From: Schizochytrium sp. TIO01
Lineage: Eukaryota; Protista; Bigyra: Labyrinthulomycetes
DNA: 64,000 nucleotides
Assembly: GCA_004764695.1 (NCBI GenBank)
Contig: SMSO01000025.1
Span: 2,232,001 to 2,296,000 of the forward strand
Reading direction: 5' to 3'
Shown: positions 1 through 9,432 of the stretch, one piece after another
How the letters are laid out: every line of letters starts with the position of its first letter
Numbering within the stretch: position 1 is the stretch's first letter
The notes under the pieces: model-generated
Told to the model about the DNA's origin: nothing
Database searches by the model: none
Seen by the model: the letters and a program-made list of their open reading frames with translations, nothing else
Made by a program: the position numbers and the translations under genes

Positions 1-1992
1 ATCTGCAGCGGTGGCTGCGTCAGAAGCTTTCTCGCGCTCAGCCTCTGCGATTTGACGTGCCTTCTCAAAAGGGGCACGTGCCTTTTGGGCTTGAAGGCGT
101 GCCAAGCGAGCTTCTTCTGTAAGTGGTGCTTGTTTACGGAGAAGTGCTTCATTTGTAAGTTTTGCCTGTTGAAGAGGGAGCGGATCTTCTTGTGCCTCGA
201 GCTGTGCCAGCATATTAAGAGCCCTATTGCGCGCAACAATGCCTGTCGATGGGTTCTCGGCAGTCTCGCGAAGAATTTCTTTGCGTTCAATCATCTCTTT
301 CTTGGTGTTCTCCACTGCCTCAATGGCTGCTTTAATCTGCTCTTCAAGATCTTCCATAGCTTGTTCTGCAGCCACGGCTTTCCCTTCTGCCTCTGCAAAT
401 ACGGATTCCTTAGCAGCTGCAGCATCCTCTTTTGCCACCGCACCAGCCTCGACCTTGCGAGCTGCCGCAAGAGCATCATTTGCAGCCTTCTCGAGCTTTA
501 CAGCAGCGACCTCCTGACGCTTGGTCTCCTTTTTGGCCTCTGCCGCGTCTGCTTCTGCCTGATACGCTGCTGCCTCCTGATCTACAGCGCGAGCTTCTTC
601 TTCAAGTGCTCTCTGTTCTGCAGCAAGTGCCTGTTCTTCGTTCTGACGAGCTGTTTCTTCACGTTCTGCAGCCTTCTCTGCAACAGCAGTAGCCTTTTCT
701 TCGACCTCACGAGCTGCGTTTTCGCGCTTCAAGGCCTCAGCCTCTGCAGCTTTAGCTTTCTTCTCGACGCTGCGAGCTTTGACTTCAGCATCAATTGCGT
801 CCTTTTCCGCAGCTTTAGATTCCTTTTCTTTCTGAACAGTGTTCAAACGAGCTTCTTCAGCACGTGCCTCGGCATCTTCGGCCTCGCTTTCATTTTTCTT
901 GGCGTGGTCTTCAGCGACGACTGCTTCAGCTTCGCCTAATTTTGCAATCTTTTCTGCATCAACGGCCTCGCGTTCTCGGTCAAGAGCCTTTGCTTCTTCA
1001 TCCTCTGCCTCGCGCTGTGCATCTTTGGCAACAGACTCTGCTTCTGTCGCCATGTTGGCAGCAGCTGTCGCCTGTTGAGCAGCATCTTGGCTTGCTTCCA
1101 TTGCAGCAACAGCCTGGGCCTCGTAATCCTTCGCAGAGGCTTCTGCTGCTTCTGCATCAGCCTTAGCACTCTCGCTATCCTGTTCAGCTTGAATAGCTTC
1201 TTCTTCACGAGCTACTGCTTTTGCTTCGAGGTCTTTAGCAGATACTTCCTCCTCTTTAGCATGAGCCTCTGCATCACGTGCTTCTTGTTCTCTTGCGAGG
1301 GCCTCTTGCTCCTCGCTCTCAGCCTGATTTTTGCCGTCTTCGGCCTCTTCTTCGGCCTTTTCTGCAGCAGCTTCTGCCTCTTTGATTTGTTCTACTGCTT
1401 CCGCGGCTCGGTCTGCAGCTTCTTTGGCAGCGTCTTCTTCCTGTTTGAGAGTTTCGGCTTTAGCACTGCAATCGTCGAGGGCCTCTTTTGCCTTGTTGAC
1501 GTTGCTCTGAGCCTGCTCAAGTAGCTTGGAGTCTGAGTCATCTCCCTGAGGAGCATTTGCAAGCTCAAGCCAATCCACCTCGAATGCATGAATGAGCAAT
1601 TCGACGAGAGACACGTGTTTGTTGAAGTCTAAATCGACCTGCTTCATGACCTTGCGCATTTCGCGAACAGTCATAGTTTTACCTACACGCTCAAAGAAGA
1701 TGTGTGCTTGCTGCTCATCAAGCTCGTGGCCCTGATCCTTCAAGGGGTCGATTTCAATACAGACGTGGTAGTACTGCCACACAGTCTCGCATTTGCTTTC
1801 ATCCTCAGAGAACATCAAGCCCTTATTCCAGAATGCATTTAAGAAGCTAATCGCCTGATCTTTGTATTGTTTTGCGCCTAGCTCAGAGAGTCTTGGTAAA
1901 GCCTCGACCTCTTCTGGGGTACGGCGTCCAGATCGTGTGCTTTTACGCAGACTTCCGCGCAGACTTCCGCGCAGACTTAAGCGCTTCAACAT
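1..1992 (-). CDS. ABP34-like (calcium-regulated actin-bundling protein) EF-hand head plus long Ala/Glu/Lys coiled coil; 3' end lies beyond the window
   Basis: Not in the ORF track because there is no stop in the window. ATG at 1992 (GCCACCATG context); frame checked at both ends and reads to base 1. Reads MLKRLSLRGSLRGSLRK...QAISFLNAFW...MRKVMKQVDLDFNKHVSLVELLIH, resembling Dictyostelium ABP34 QAVHFLNAYW / VDVNFDGRVSFLEYLL (recalled). Followed by about 500 aa of AEK-rich heptads. Confidence 0.75.
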   Translation of the reverse strand, partial: MLKRLSLRGSLRGSLRKSTRSGRRTPEEVEALPRLSELGAKQYKDQAISFLNAFWNKGLMFSEDESKCETVWQYYHVCIEIDPLKDQGHELDEQQAHIFFERVGKTMTVREMRKVMKQVDLDFNKHVSLVELLIHAFEVDWLELANAPQGDDSDSKLLEQAQSNVNKAKEALDDCSAKAETLKQEEDAAKEAADRAAEAVEQIKEAEAAAEKAEEEAEDGKNQAESEEQEALAREQEARDAEAHAKEEEVSAKDLEAKAVAREEEAIQAEQDSESAKADAEAAEASAKDYEAQAVAAMEASQDAAQQATAAANMATEAESVAKDAQREAEDEEAKALDREREAVDAEKIAKLGEAEAVVAEDHAKKNESEAEDAEARAEEARLNTVQKEKESKAAEKDAIDAEVKARSVEKKAKAAEAEALKRENAAREVEEKATAVAEKAAEREETARQNEEQALAAEQRALEEEARAVDQEAAAYQAEADAAEAKKETKRQEVAAVKLEKAANDALAAARKVEAGAVAKEDAAAAKESVFAEAEGKAVAAEQAMEDLEEQIKAAIEAVENTKKEMIERKEILRETAENPSTGIVARNRALNMLAQLEAQEDPLPLQQAKLTNEALLRKQAPLTEEARLARLQAQKARAPFEKARQIAEAEREKASDAATAAD

Positions 1993-4900
1993 GGTGGCGT
2001 CTCGCTCAAGGGACCGCAAGGTCCCAACTTCTCAGACAATCACTCCCTAGCCACAAACGATCAGAGATGCCCCCTGCGCAACGTACGGCACGAGCAGCTG
2101 CGCCTGAAAACAAGAATCCCCGCAAGCAGTGAGCCCTTCTCTTTGCTAAAGTTATCTGAAGGATGAATGCGAGTTTGGAGGCCTTGGCGATGATGCTCTT
2201 TGAACAAGACTACCTTGCACGTGCTTACTTTTTTAGAAGTTAGTATTTATTAGTGCCTACTTATTACCTAGTATTTATAAATGCACACACGTATCGCCAA
2301 ACATTTTTTTTCACGTCTGACTTTCTTAGCTATCCAAGTGATGTTTTGCAACTTGAACACCCTGAAATTCAGGCCAGGTCTGCTCGAATTGTTTGCGTCT
2401 CGCACGCGAAAGCCTTGTGCTTAGGCCGCGGCCATTCGATTCAGCCTGGCGAGCCCGACGCAACGCAGCCTGGATTGGATCAAGTTGAGCACCACGGAAA
2501 GTTACATCTTTAGCCATCACACTTGCGTGTACACACCTTCACTCTGCTTATTAATTTCCTATTAATTTCTTCTCTACCTAAATACCCTCTCTACTACCTT
2601 GACAAGAAAATAATAATAAATGTCTGTCAATCAATTTTGTTTTTTTGGGGGGTTCAACGATTTAGCTTTCCACCGGGTGTACAACACGACCTCGCTTGGT
2701 CTATTCGCTGACAATGATCAGTAGGAATTCTTTCTTTTACCTTGACAAAAGCATCTTTTCGTTTAAAACGACTTGAATCCCAGAAGAGGAATTGAGAGAG
2801 CTGGGTGCCGCTGTGGGTCCGGTGGCCGCAAAGGTGGAGGTCTCGAGAGCTGGAGCTACTCTGTACAAGCTTCAGAGGGTAGCGACGAGCTCGATGTCGC
2901 TGGTGGCAGCCTCTCATCCTGCTACAGAGCCGCCTTTGAGTAGAAGAGCATTTGCATCGCATCATCACTGTTTTCAAGGTTATAAATGAAGTGGCAGAAG
3001 ACGGAGGGAAAATGGTCGCAGTGAGTGCCAGAGTGAAAAGGTCCGCGCGTGCACAACTTGAACGATAAGTGTTAGAAATTCTGGAAATAGGAATAGATTA
3101 TTAAAATCTTTCTTACGAGGCACATGAAATGGTGCCGAGGGTTAGATAGGATCAGGTCAAGCTCATACCTTTGTTTCTATGCGAAGACGTTTTTTGTAGA
3201 AACTGCAGAAACTCCTGTTGTGCCGTGGATATCTAGTTTGTGGGCACAGGAACAGGCATAGATCGCAAAGTCAAGTTTGCACAGTCGCCCTTTAGATATC
3301 GAGAAAAGTATTGTGCATAAATGTTTGTGCAGTGCCCCTGTTTACCTACGTACTTTAATTTTTTGTTGTAGATAATAGTATGTTTGCCTGTGAGTATAGA
3401 GAATGCGAGTAATTAAGCTTTCACACTTGCATTGAGAATACAAAACAAAAACAAGTTTTCAACTTGATGTAGGAAAGTAGCATTTCGTTATAGCAGCAAG
3501 CTCCTTCAAACTCAAAACACCTCACAATAAACCTGATAAAAGGGAAATATTTGGCTAAAAAGTTGGATAAGTCTTGTGCAGTTTGTCCCAAAGCTCTTAC
3601 TTATAAGGTGTGCGAAAAGACATTTCAGTGTGCACACCTATTATTAGGAGGCGGCTCAATTGCAACGTGTACAATATGAAAGATTTGCGAATATTTCTCG
3701 TTCTTTCCAGTCGAAAGCTATTCCTGTTGATCCATTTACTTAAGATCAAAGTATACCTACTTGTAAGTAGTCACCATAGCGTAGTCCTATGATGGTATCT
3801 GTGAACTACTCTTTTGAAATTCACAAGGTATTCTATATCTTTAAGAAAGCAGCAAATAAACAAAACACCATAGGAGTTTGCATGTTTCAGAAACAATTTG
3901 AAGGCTTGATCAGATAAGGTGTATCACGCAGTAGATTCGTTTCAATGATCGACGCTGTAAAGGTATGCCAGATTGATGGATTAGTGTTGAGTATTGTAAA
4001 GCACAGGTTTTGAGCAAGACAGGTACTACCCACATACTTACCAACCTCACCCCCATGTTGTTTAGCAGTATTGGATATATATTATTATTATATAGTTCTC
4101 GTTGTTTGTTATGATGCTGTCTCTTTGTGATATATTCTAAGTAAAAGCTGAAAGAACTGACCTCCAGCTAGGGTTTTATCTCTTCTTTGGTACCTTGGAA
4201 TGGAATTGACAATTTAGATTAAGCAAGATTTTCATCATTTTGCGCGGAGGAAAATACTACTGCACGGGGTTTTCTGGATCTTTCGTGCAGTTTTGATAGT
4301 AGAGTTGTTAAATACAGCGGAAACAAACAATTTACTGTGTTATATTCAGATCAAAACCCAAAAGTAAATATGGCAAATCACTAGATGCAACAAAAACCCT
4401 TCTCACCTCTAGCTATGCAATAAATATGTTTAATATGTTTATATTATAAACCCTTTCAAATTCTTGACACAGGTAACTTTAATATCCTCTGTCAACTAGA
4501 CAGTTTTTCTCAGTAAAATGTACCAACTGAGATTCCAAAGTGCGCTTTTAGAATTTTCCATTCCTAAATCTATTTTAATTCCACAATAATGTATGAAGAT
4601 CAAGCAGTGTTCCATTTACAAATATAGTTGATGTGAACGCACACTATACAAGTATTCACTGAGAATCTTGAATTCAAAGCCAAAGATGATTGTGCATTCC
4701 TTACAGATTTCAAGCCAAGTCAATTTCACAGTCCATATCTTAGAAGAGGTAGTACTAAGTATTACTTGTTAGTAATAAGGTTAAGAATGAAAAAGAGTTT
4801 TCCAGACCGCGGCGAGGGAGCTGCTAGTACGTCTAGTGAAGAGCAGTTCCAGGATAACTCGCCAGAGCAGCATCGTGCTTACCTCAAAGGAGTACGTTGT

Positions 4901-5221
4901 GCATCCTATCTCTGTATCGCACCCGGGCCTAGTTTTCAGCAAATCATCTCGGGGAGGTCTTTGGCGACCCTGCGTTAAAAGTTTGTCCCCCTTTGTTGCC
5001 TCAATATCGAACAATCGTGATTTCTTTGTCTCTCTTATTGTAACTAAGTTTGGTTAAGTCTTGATTTTGTTCCCTTCGAACAGGTCGTTCTTTCAAGATA
5101 ATCTTCGAGGCAGCAAATTGCTCGGAGGCGCTGTGCAGAACCGAGGCCACTTGGTAGGCCTCGAGCGAACCATTATTTCTGCAAAGCTGAAGTTGGGAGT
5201 GTATGCTTATATTTGCGAAGA

Positions 5222-7720
5222 ATGAACATGAACACGAACTCCGCTTCTTCAACATCGGCAACGTCCGCCTCGACCCTGGGAGCTTCAGCTACAGTCGAAT
5301 CTAGCTCTGACAACTCCAATGGCAGCAGGGGAAACGGAAATGATGTACCCGTTACGCATACCTTGTCAAGCTCTTCTTCAGGATCGCAAGACTCAAGTCA
5401 GTCAAGTAGAAATAACAGTGCACTGGGTAGCAATAATAGTAGCGAAACCGAGACATCCGAAGAACTTGATAGAGGCCAAGGTACCTTTGTGACCAACCAA
5501 AGTCCTCAGATGCTTCCTCAAGCGCTGGGACAGGGCCGGGATGAAAGCACAATTAGAAGTGTTGAAAATCTCTCTGAACTGACCTATGACTCTAGTCAGC
5601 GTGAGGCAGGAATGGGATCCTTGACGCAGATTCGTGAAGTTGGAGTTGCCCAAGAAGCACGCACGACTGTTGGAGCACATCCGCAGCTGGACTCATATCG
5701 TATGACAACATCATCAGAACCTTCAACCGCAGTGGGGGCCACTAGGGCACTTCCTGATGTTGGAACATCTGCTGCGGCAGCTATTGCATCTGGAACGAAC
5801 ACTACTTCAACGCTGTACAGCAATCAACCTCTCCACTACAACCAACAGCAGCAGCAGCAACATCCAAATTTGAATCAACATACTCCACAGCAACAGCAGC
5901 AGCATCAACAACAGCAACAGCAACAGCAACAGCAACAGTATCAAACGCACCAACCGCAGGCTCCTCTCCAACCTCATCTTCACCAAAACGACAGGCCTCA
6001 GGCCACAGTAGACGCGGGTGCTCCTGCACCAATGCCTCCCCCTCCTCCGCCTGCAATAGGTCATGTACCTCTGTTTCGCTTGACATTGCCGCCTTCAACA
6101 ACTGCAACAATTCGCTTTTTGCCGAATAGTAATAGTAACACTGATACTGGTGCGGGCCCAGAACACGTAGAGAGCTCAAACACCTCGACTGAGAGTAACG
6201 GGATTTTATCTCGACGCAGCTGGCGGCGCTTGTCTTGTGTAGGTGACACGCCTGGCCCTCGTAGCGGCGCAGCTTCCGTTGTTCTTGACTCAAAACTCTA
6301 TGTTTTTGGAGGATACGGAGGCGAAAAGCGTCTCGACGATTTCTACGAATACTGCTTCAACTCTCGCATATGGCGCAAGGTTGAACTTTTTGATCCTCAA
6401 GGGCCTGCCCCTGGACCTCGCGAGAATAATGGCTTTGTGACTTTTGGCAAGTGCCTTTACCTTTTTGGAGGATATAATGGTTTGAATTGGCTTAACGATA
6501 CTTGGGAGTTCAATACTCTTACACGTCGCTGGCGGATGATCAACGCGACAGGCGCTGTACCTTCTCATCGTTTTGGATTTGTTTCCGTTACTTATGAAAA
6601 CCGTCTTTTTCTTTTTGGCGGATACAATGGCACGTCATGGCTCAACGATATGTATGCTCTCGACTTGACTACGGAGCGCTGGTCGCAACTTGACACCTCT
6701 AATGTCGTTCCCTCTCGCCGTAGCTGCCCGGCCTGGGTCCAACGCCGACACAGCATTTACATGTTTGGTGGTTACGATGGCGTGGAGCGCAAAAATGATC
6801 TTTGGGAGTATCGCATTCGCGAAAACAAGTGGGTAGAAATCAAGACTGCGGAGTCGTGCTACAAACCAATCGGAAGGTACTTTCATGCTTGCGGTATTCA
6901 TGGAGATCTTTTTTATGTTTTTGGAGGCTATCAAGGCGCTCAGCGCTTGAATGATATGCATCAGTTCTCCTTCACCACGCGGTCTTGGCGTCAAATGAAG
7001 ACAACTGGTGATGTGCCCAGTGGCCGTTCGAGCCTTGTCGCACATGTGCACAACAACTCTTTCTTCGTATTCGGAGGCTACAATGGTAGATTTGTACTTA
7101 ACGACTTCTTTGAGTATCCGTTTCTGAGTATCAATGTTGAACCTCCCAAGCTGCTTAGTGACTTATCTAAACTTATCGATCACGAGCAATTTAGTGATGT
7201 CACATTTATGGTGGAGAATCGCCCTATTCGTGCTGTTCGTGCTCTCTTGGCAGCCCGCTCCGAGCACTTTAGAGCGTTGCTTTTTGGTGGCATGCGAGAG
7301 GATGCTGCGACGATCATAGAACTCCCGGATATTCAGTATGAGGTCTTCCGAGCAGTAATCGAGTATTTGTACACTGACTCTGTTGATATTACATCGGAGC
7401 TGGCAGTCCCATTGCTTATTGCATCAGAGCGGTACATCTTACCTCGTCTGAAAAGTCTTTGCGAAGAGTCCATCTTCAAAAGTATTTCGCCTTCAAATTG
7501 TGTGCACATCCTCCTTCAAGCATACATGTATAATGCGGAGTCTCTTAAAACGATCTGCTTAGACTTTATTGTGGACAATATTGTAGCTCTGCGTTCAACG
7601 CCAGAGTTTCAAGAACTTCGACAGGAACCTGACTTGCTAATGGAAATAATTATGCGAAGCGCTGGTTCATTCCCAGCAAGTGCCCCCGACTCGGAATCTG
7701 CTGCTGCAGGTCTAATGTAA
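5222..7720 (+). CDS. LZTR1-like Kelch-repeat + BTB(-BACK) protein, probable CUL3 adaptor
   Basis: Six Kelch repeats (LYVFGGYGG, LYLFGGYNG, LFLFGGYNG, IYMFGGYDG, FYVFGGYQG, FFVFGGYNG), then BTB (FSDVTFMVENRPIRAVRALLAARSEHFRALL). Low-complexity N-terminus. First ATG at 5222. Confidence 0.9.
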   Translation: MNMNTNSASSTSATSASTLGASATVESSSDNSNGSRGNGNDVPVTHTLSSSSSGSQDSSQSSRNNSALGSNNSSETETSEELDRGQGTFVTNQSPQMLPQALGQGRDESTIRSVENLSELTYDSSQREAGMGSLTQIREVGVAQEARTTVGAHPQLDSYRMTTSSEPSTAVGATRALPDVGTSAAAAIASGTNTTSTLYSNQPLHYNQQQQQQHPNLNQHTPQQQQQHQQQQQQQQQQQYQTHQPQAPLQPHLHQNDRPQATVDAGAPAPMPPPPPPAIGHVPLFRLTLPPSTTATIRFLPNSNSNTDTGAGPEHVESSNTSTESNGILSRRSWRRLSCVGDTPGPRSGAASVVLDSKLYVFGGYGGEKRLDDFYEYCFNSRIWRKVELFDPQGPAPGPRENNGFVTFGKCLYLFGGYNGLNWLNDTWEFNTLTRRWRMINATGAVPSHRFGFVSVTYENRLFLFGGYNGTSWLNDMYALDLTTERWSQLDTSNVVPSRRSCPAWVQRRHSIYMFGGYDGVERKNDLWEYRIRENKWVEIKTAESCYKPIGRYFHACGIHGDLFYVFGGYQGAQRLNDMHQFSFTTRSWRQMKTTGDVPSGRSSLVAHVHNNSFFVFGGYNGRFVLNDFFEYPFLSINVEPPKLLSDLSKLIDHEQFSDVTFMVENRPIRAVRALLAARSEHFRALLFGGMREDAATIIELPDIQYEVFRAVIEYLYTDSVDITSELAVPLLIASERYILPRLKSLCEESIFKSISPSNCVHILLQAYMYNAESLKTICLDFIVDNIVALRSTPEFQELRQEPDLLMEIIMRSAGSFPASAPDSESAAAGLM
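5843..5938 (+). repeat. CAG/CAA polyglutamine-coding tracts inside the Kelch-BTB gene
   Basis: caacagcagcagcagcaa ... cagcaacagcaacagcaacag in frame with the CDS. Confidence 0.9.
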
Positions 7721-8244
7721 CGCTCTCATCAGATAAGGTCGAAAGCAAAATAATCCTTTAGAAAGAGCAAATCATACCAAAGCCTGTTTAGGCATAGTGC
7801 ATATCACGTCTTTGTATATAACAAATAAGAAAATGCTTATCATAAAACTAAAGTCCGCTGAACAATGCATGTCGTCAGATAAGAGTATAGGGCTGTGCTT
7901 GGGATTTCGTATCTCCACTTGTTGGTGGTATGCAGAACACATAAATAAGTCATTCACGAGATGAGTTGCTATTTTGTTAGGACCCTTATTCCAAGGCAGG
8001 TTATAGCGAAGATTACGGAAGACGAGTGAAACATTTACAAATTACTTGCAATTGCGACAAACAGTCCATGATAAAACCTTAATGATTCTTCGATACGTCC
8101 AAGGAGCAGGAAGCGACTCTCTCATGGTTCCAAATGCGCAGTAAATGTTTTGTTCTTTAAACAAGAACAGATACTTAGAAAAAAGGTATTCTTATACTTG
8201 TAGGCTATGAAATTGATGTTTACTTTTGTGTTGAGTATATTTAT

Positions 8245-9432
8245 TTACGCAATGAGATAGTTCGAGTATGCCTCCATGTTGCGCGAGAGGATGTCAGAGA
8301 GAGGTCCCAAGACACGCTGAAATACCTTGCGGTGCACAGTGAGAACCTTCACAGTATCTGACTCAGCAACAACGGTTGCCTGGCGCTTCTTCGAGGTAAG
8401 CAGTGCAATCTCGCCAAAGTAGTCGCCCTCCTTGAGGTTGGAAATAGCCTTTCCACCCTTCTCGACGCGCACTGTTCCGGACTCGATAATGTAGAACTCG
8501 TCACCGTCATCTCCCTCGTTGACGATTACCATCTCCTTCTCAAATGAGCGTGGGCGCAGGGCATCAGCAAGAACAAGTCGCTCGTTGGGAGCCATCTCGG
8601 ATAAAATTGGCACCTTCTCAAGGAAGGCTGTGTACCTCTCACGCTTCTTGATAGCAGAGCCCATTACAATAACCTTGAAAGTAACCTGATCAAGACGCCA
8701 GAGCTCACAGTCCTCAAGAGCTTTGATTGTCGCTGCACGCGGAGCGTTGTACATAAGTGCAAGCTCTCCAAAGCCATCGCCGGACCCATATACAAGATCA
8801 AGCTTATTCCCATCCTTATAAACAGCAGCACTTCCCTTGCCCAAAACATAGTAGTGCTCGGCTTCCAAGTCACCTTGGGAGATAATTTCCTTATCATTCT
8901 CAACATGAATTTTCTCAAAAGCGTCGACAATTCTGGTCATGTCAACTTCGTCTAGATGAGAGCAAAGCACACTCTCAGACATAATCTTAGTCAGAGTCTC
9001 GCGCTCCTGGTCGCTCTTATCAAATTTGACCTCCTTTACCTCCGAGTTCATATCGAGAACACCTGCAGAAACTGACACGCGCCGACCGGTTGGGCGTTGC
9101 TGTCTCGATACCTGGGGCAACTCGTCTACGTAGTCGTCCTCGTCATCATCATCATCAGTTTCTTCAAAGTACTCCATCTCTTTAGCCTCAACCTGCTCGC
9201 TACCAGCGCTGCCGATACTTTCCTTCTTGCTTGTCTGACTCTTGAGCTTTCCAAACTCTTTCGTCTCTTCTGGGTAGTTCTCCAGCAGGTACTCCACCAT
9301 GAATGAAATCGGGTTCTCTGGTTTCTCCATGAGCAAGTGCTCGACGATTTTTACAAACAAGCTGTTGACGCCCTTCTCGGCAAGGTAGTCTTGCAACTCC
9401 TTCTGCACGGCATTCTCAGCAGCAGCAGACAT
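8245..9432 (-). CDS. cAMP-dependent protein kinase regulatory subunit
   Basis: N-terminal D/D (Dpy-30/RIIa-like) domain LLMEKPENPISFMVEYL. Inhibitory site RRVSV. Two cNMP-binding cassettes: GFGELALMYNAPRAAT and YFGEIALLTSKKRQAT. Confidence 0.95.
   Translation of the reverse strand: MSAAAENAVQKELQDYLAEKGVNSLFVKIVEHLLMEKPENPISFMVEYLLENYPEETKEFGKLKSQTSKKESIGSAGSEQVEAKEMEYFEETDDDDDEDDYVDELPQVSRQQRPTGRRVSVSAGVLDMNSEVKEVKFDKSDQERETLTKIMSESVLCSHLDEVDMTRIVDAFEKIHVENDKEIISQGDLEAEHYYVLGKGSAAVYKDGNKLDLVYGSGDGFGELALMYNAPRAATIKALEDCELWRLDQVTFKVIVMGSAIKKRERYTAFLEKVPILSEMAPNERLVLADALRPRSFEKEMVIVNEGDDGDEFYIIESGTVRVEKGGKAISNLKEGDYFGEIALLTSKKRQATVVAESDTVKVLTVHRKVFQRVLGPLSDILSRNMEAYSNYLIA

Noticed and set aside
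52-1524. Long Cys/Phe/Leu/Ser-rich + strand ORFs (52..939, 1075..1524)
   Set aside because: Antisense shadows of the AEK-rich coiled-coil gene on the minus strand.
2253-2989. Several 60-107 aa ORFs on both strands
   Set aside because: No recognisable motif, and they overlap in conflicting frames.
4766-4978. Short ORF upstream of the Kelch-BTB gene (uORF or extra exon)
   Set aside because: I could not establish an in-frame splice to the main CDS, and there is no motif support.
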